Shown in pieces: positions 45,047 through 47,477 of a stretch of 47,477 bases of DNA; the first letter of the stretch is position 1, and each line of letters starts with the position of its first letter. The translations under genes and the position numbers were made by a program. The stretch is from a virus (Duplodnaviria; Heunggongvirae; Uroviricota; Caudoviricetes): IMG/VR virus record IMGVR_UViG_3300025913_000024, positions 1-47,477 of that record; one strand, written 5' to 3'. The notes below the pieces were generated by a model. The model was not told the origin of the DNA. It did no database searches and worked only from the letters and a program-made list of their open reading frames with translations.

Positions 45047-45992
45047 GTCTTTCCCCTTTTGTAAAGAATTTGAGTCCTTCTGGACAGATACTTAGTAGGA
45101 ACCTACCCCAATACTTCATGTACCGATTCCACTTAAATCGGTTCACGAGGTTCCACCACTTCGTTCTCTCCCACTTTTCAACATCTACCTTTCTCATCCA
45201 AAGGTGAAACAAGTATTGAGTTTTTGTGACCCTGAACTCTTCTGGACCTTCATTTCTCCAACTAAGGAGAGTGGTGATCGGAAGATTGTGAAGATCAGCG
45301 ACTTGACACATCAAACCCTGTTCTGCATAAACAGAAGGCCAACCACCTAAACCGTCTCTTTCTTTTTGGGTCAAACTGGCCTTTGAAACAACCGTGTTGT
45401 CCTTCACAAAAGAGTCGAACAAATAGAAGAAGTGTTCTCTAGCTGAACCAGGAGGGAAATAAAAGAGAGCTGTGTTTTGTGGGTTCACCGACCAATCTAA
45501 CTTCACATCCATAGGAAAGTGTGGACCGAATGGGATTCCATTCTTTCTAGGATACATTCCTCTAGGGTCTTTGTGGAGAAAGAACGGTGGTTTTGGAAAG
45601 AGGAAAGAGGTCTCGAAGTCTTGGAGAAGCCAAAGGTCTGTGTCCAAACCAATGGACTCTCCATTGTTCTTAAGAGAATCTCTCCAGGCTTCAATCTTAG
45701 GAGCTCCCCATAACCCGTTAGGATATTCAAGATCTCCAGTGAACTCTTTTTTGTACTTTGTAAGAACATCGGAGTCAATCTTATCCCAAAGCTCTAAAAG
45801 ACCAGCTTCGGTGATTTGACTCAACGACTCTTTGTCAGTGTAGAGAAAGACATCACCGATCCCAAACTTCTTCCAAGATATAACAGAGAGAACATAGCCA
45901 AGCTTGGTGTTGAGAAGAAGCTTCTTTGGCCTGTTGTGGTACTTGTTCTTTTTGCTGTTTGGAATCTTGTAGATTGATTGTGTTGCGTTCAT
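44997..45992 (-). CDS. Putative GT-A-like nucleotide-sugar transferase
   Basis: LSVISW...VFLYTD...LW..PKI..W...IGLDTDLWL (DxD)...NTALFYF...YAEQGLM pattern. Confidence 0.5.
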   Translation of the reverse strand: MNATQSIYKIPNSKKNKYHNRPKKLLLNTKLGYVLSVISWKKFGIGDVFLYTDKESLSQITEAGLLELWDKIDSDVLTKYKKEFTGDLEYPNGLWGAPKIEAWRDSLKNNGESIGLDTDLWLLQDFETSFLFPKPPFFLHKDPRGMYPRKNGIPFGPHFPMDVKLDWSVNPQNTALFYFPPGSAREHFFYLFDSFVKDNTVVSKASLTQKERDGLGGWPSVYAEQGLMCQVADLHNLPITTLLSWRNEGPEEFRVTKTQYLFHLWMRKVDVEKWERTKWWNLVNRFKWNRYMKYWGRFLLSICPEGLKFFTKGERRAIFSGSDTRLHRASV

Positions 45993-45998
45993 TTTATT

Positions 45999-46805
45999 TT
46001 ATGAGAGTTTCTCTTCCAATGCTGGGAAAAGTTCCTTAAATCTAAGAGTTCCTTTTGTTCCAAAAGCTAGCTCAATCTTTTCTTTCAGTTGACTATCTTT
46101 TAACAGATACTCTTCTACGATAAAAGTTACCTCTTCTTTAGTAAGTTGAGCACCAAAGAAGACAGCGTTTTCCCAAGCAGTCACAGCAACTGGAACAATA
46201 GGCTTGATGAGTTCCAAGACCTTTTTGGCCAAGTCTCGAATCTCCAACTGAGCATGGTGATGCAATCTCAAACCTAAGAAGTGAAGCAAGTTATGAAGGT
46301 CAATTGTCCACATCATCTCTGTCATCGTTGCGACAGGAAGGTTGATTCTAGACAATTCCTTAGCAGCGTTCATCGCTGTCATCTTCTTGTACAAGGAGAA
46401 AGACTCTGCCATGTTCTCATTGTACTCTGCAACCATCTCGTCAGAGTTTTCTAAGAACTCTTCTTTTCTCCCTTGCTTATTCTTGTCGGACTGAATAGGG
46501 AACGAGTCTGGAAGAAAGTAATCCTCAGGAAGATCTACGTAACGTCCGCTGATCTCATTGAAAGAACTTGTCCTGTGTCTCATCAACTGACGAGCTACAA
46601 AGATAGGAAGCTTTACTCGGAAAGTAAATTTCACACTCTCAAAAGGAGTGGTGTGTCTGTTTCTCATCAAGTAGTTGATGAGACCCTTGTCTCCCTCGGT
46701 CAAAGAGGCAGAGTGTTTTCCATAAGAAACTCTTGCACAATTGACAATTCGAAGGTCATCGCCCATGTGATCTACGAGCTCGACCTTGATCTGATCTAAT
46801 CCCAA
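45999..46805 (-). CDS. thyX: FAD-dependent thymidylate synthase
   Basis: ARVSY, HTTPFE, RHRTSSFNEISGRY (RHRx7SxR) and LRLHHHAQLEIR motifs. Confidence 0.96.
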   Translation of the reverse strand: MGLDQIKVELVDHMGDDLRIVNCARVSYGKHSASLTEGDKGLINYLMRNRHTTPFESVKFTFRVKLPIFVARQLMRHRTSSFNEISGRYVDLPEDYFLPDSFPIQSDKNKQGRKEEFLENSDEMVAEYNENMAESFSLYKKMTAMNAAKELSRINLPVATMTEMMWTIDLHNLLHFLGLRLHHHAQLEIRDLAKKVLELIKPIVPVAVTAWENAVFFGAQLTKEEVTFIVEEYLLKDSQLKEKIELAFGTKGTLRFKELFPALEEKLS

Positions 46806-46841
46806 AATTTTCTCCTTAATTCTTTAGTATAAAAAGAAAAG

Positions 46842-46857
46842 TTATGAGATATTGTAG
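46842..46857 (+). promoter_or_regulatory. TGAGATATT-type motif upstream of the rIIA-like gene
   Basis: TTATGAGATATTGTAG. Confidence 0.4.
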
Positions 46858-46885
46858 TCATACCTATCAGGAGTCCTATACTCGT

Positions 46886-47477
46886 ATGAAAGACCATGTG
46901 ATCACCGACAACGTCATTACAAACATGCCTTCGTCAGGTCGAAACTTTACCATCAAGGCATCGAGAAAATCCTTCCAGGTTTTGTCCAGCGGTCTTTATG
47001 AAGACAAGATCAAGGCCATCATCAGGGAGATCTCTTGTAATGCTATCGATGCACACGTTGCCGGTGGACAAACAGAAAAGAGATTTCAGGTCCATCTTCC
47101 TACCAACTTTGAACCTTGGTTCTCGGTCAAAGACTTCGGTATCGGAATGGATGAAAACACCGTGAATGATGTTTTTACTTCTTATTTTACATCCACCAAA
47201 AGTACTTCCGATGATTACATCGGAGCTATGGGACTCGGTTCAAAGAGTCCCTTTTCTTACACGGACTCCTTTACTGTCACGTCAATCAAGGATGGGATCA
47301 AGGTCAAGTTCGTAGCCGTTATCAACAATGAAGGCGTCCCTGATCTTCTTCCTCCTTTGGAGAATGGTCCCACGGATGAGCCTTCTGGAACGGAACTTTC
47401 CTTCCCTGTTGATACCACAGATTGTGAGACTTTTGCTGAAAAAGCTGTTAGAGTCTTCATGCACTTTGATGAAGATA
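46886..47477 (+). CDS. rIIA: rIIA-like GHKL ATPase (partial, runs off the window edge)
   Basis: Manual translation: LYEDKIKAIIREISCNAIDAH, VKDFGIGM, STKSTSDDYIGAMGLGSKSPFSYTD and PSGT motifs. Confidence 0.85.
   Translation, partial: MKDHVITDNVITNMPSSGRNFTIKASRKSFQVLSSGLYEDKIKAIIREISCNAIDAHVAGGQTEKRFQVHLPTNFEPWFSVKDFGIGMDENTVNDVFTSYFTSTKSTSDDYIGAMGLGSKSPFSYTDSFTVTSIKDGIKVKFVAVINNEGVPDLLPPLENGPTDEPSGTELSFPVDTTDCETFAEKAVRVFMHFDED

Noticed and set aside
1-47477. CRISPR arrays, tRNAs, rRNAs, IS elements, integrase, reverse transcriptase/DGR
   Set aside because: None seen by eye; intergenic gaps are short and accounted for. The HNH genes are free-standing with no intron context.
1-47477. Host assignment
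   Set aside because: Nothing in the window is diagnostic without database comparison.

Overview
The window is a segment of a large, contractile-tailed (myovirus-like) phage genome in the standard genetic code; the host cannot be identified from this sequence. Positions 1-22601 are a minus-strand block: baseplate, four tail-tube paralogues, an AT-rich glycosyltransferase island, sheath, tail terminator, Mre11-like nuclease and primase. From 22811 the plus strand dominates: the C-terminal half of a family-A DNA polymerase, ATP-dependent ligase, GT-B glycosyltransferase, Hsp20, an S74-chaperone fibre, HNH nucleases, a DnaX-like clamp loader, a Cas4/AddB-like nuclease, a HAD phosphatase and an AAA ATPase. 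From 39492 a second minus-strand block holds a sigma-like factor, a beta-clamp-like protein, RecA, a 5'-3' exonuclease, a GT-like protein and ThyX, followed by a partial rIIA-like gene. The most notable observations are: (1) a stand-alone PolA C-terminal half with its own sigma70-type promoter and SD, carrying an in-frame UGA between motifs B and C; (2) an ACTAA(T/C)T motif a few nt upstream of many virion-gene starts, a candidate late promoter giving largely leaderless mRNAs, with one SD-occluding hairpin; (3) glycosyltransferases at three loci, one between sheath and tube; (4) a multi-hairpin leader on hsp20. Several genes break at short homopolymers, so assembly indel errors are likely and temper every recoding claim. 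I found no tRNA, rRNA or CRISPR array. All product calls are by motif recognition, not database search.
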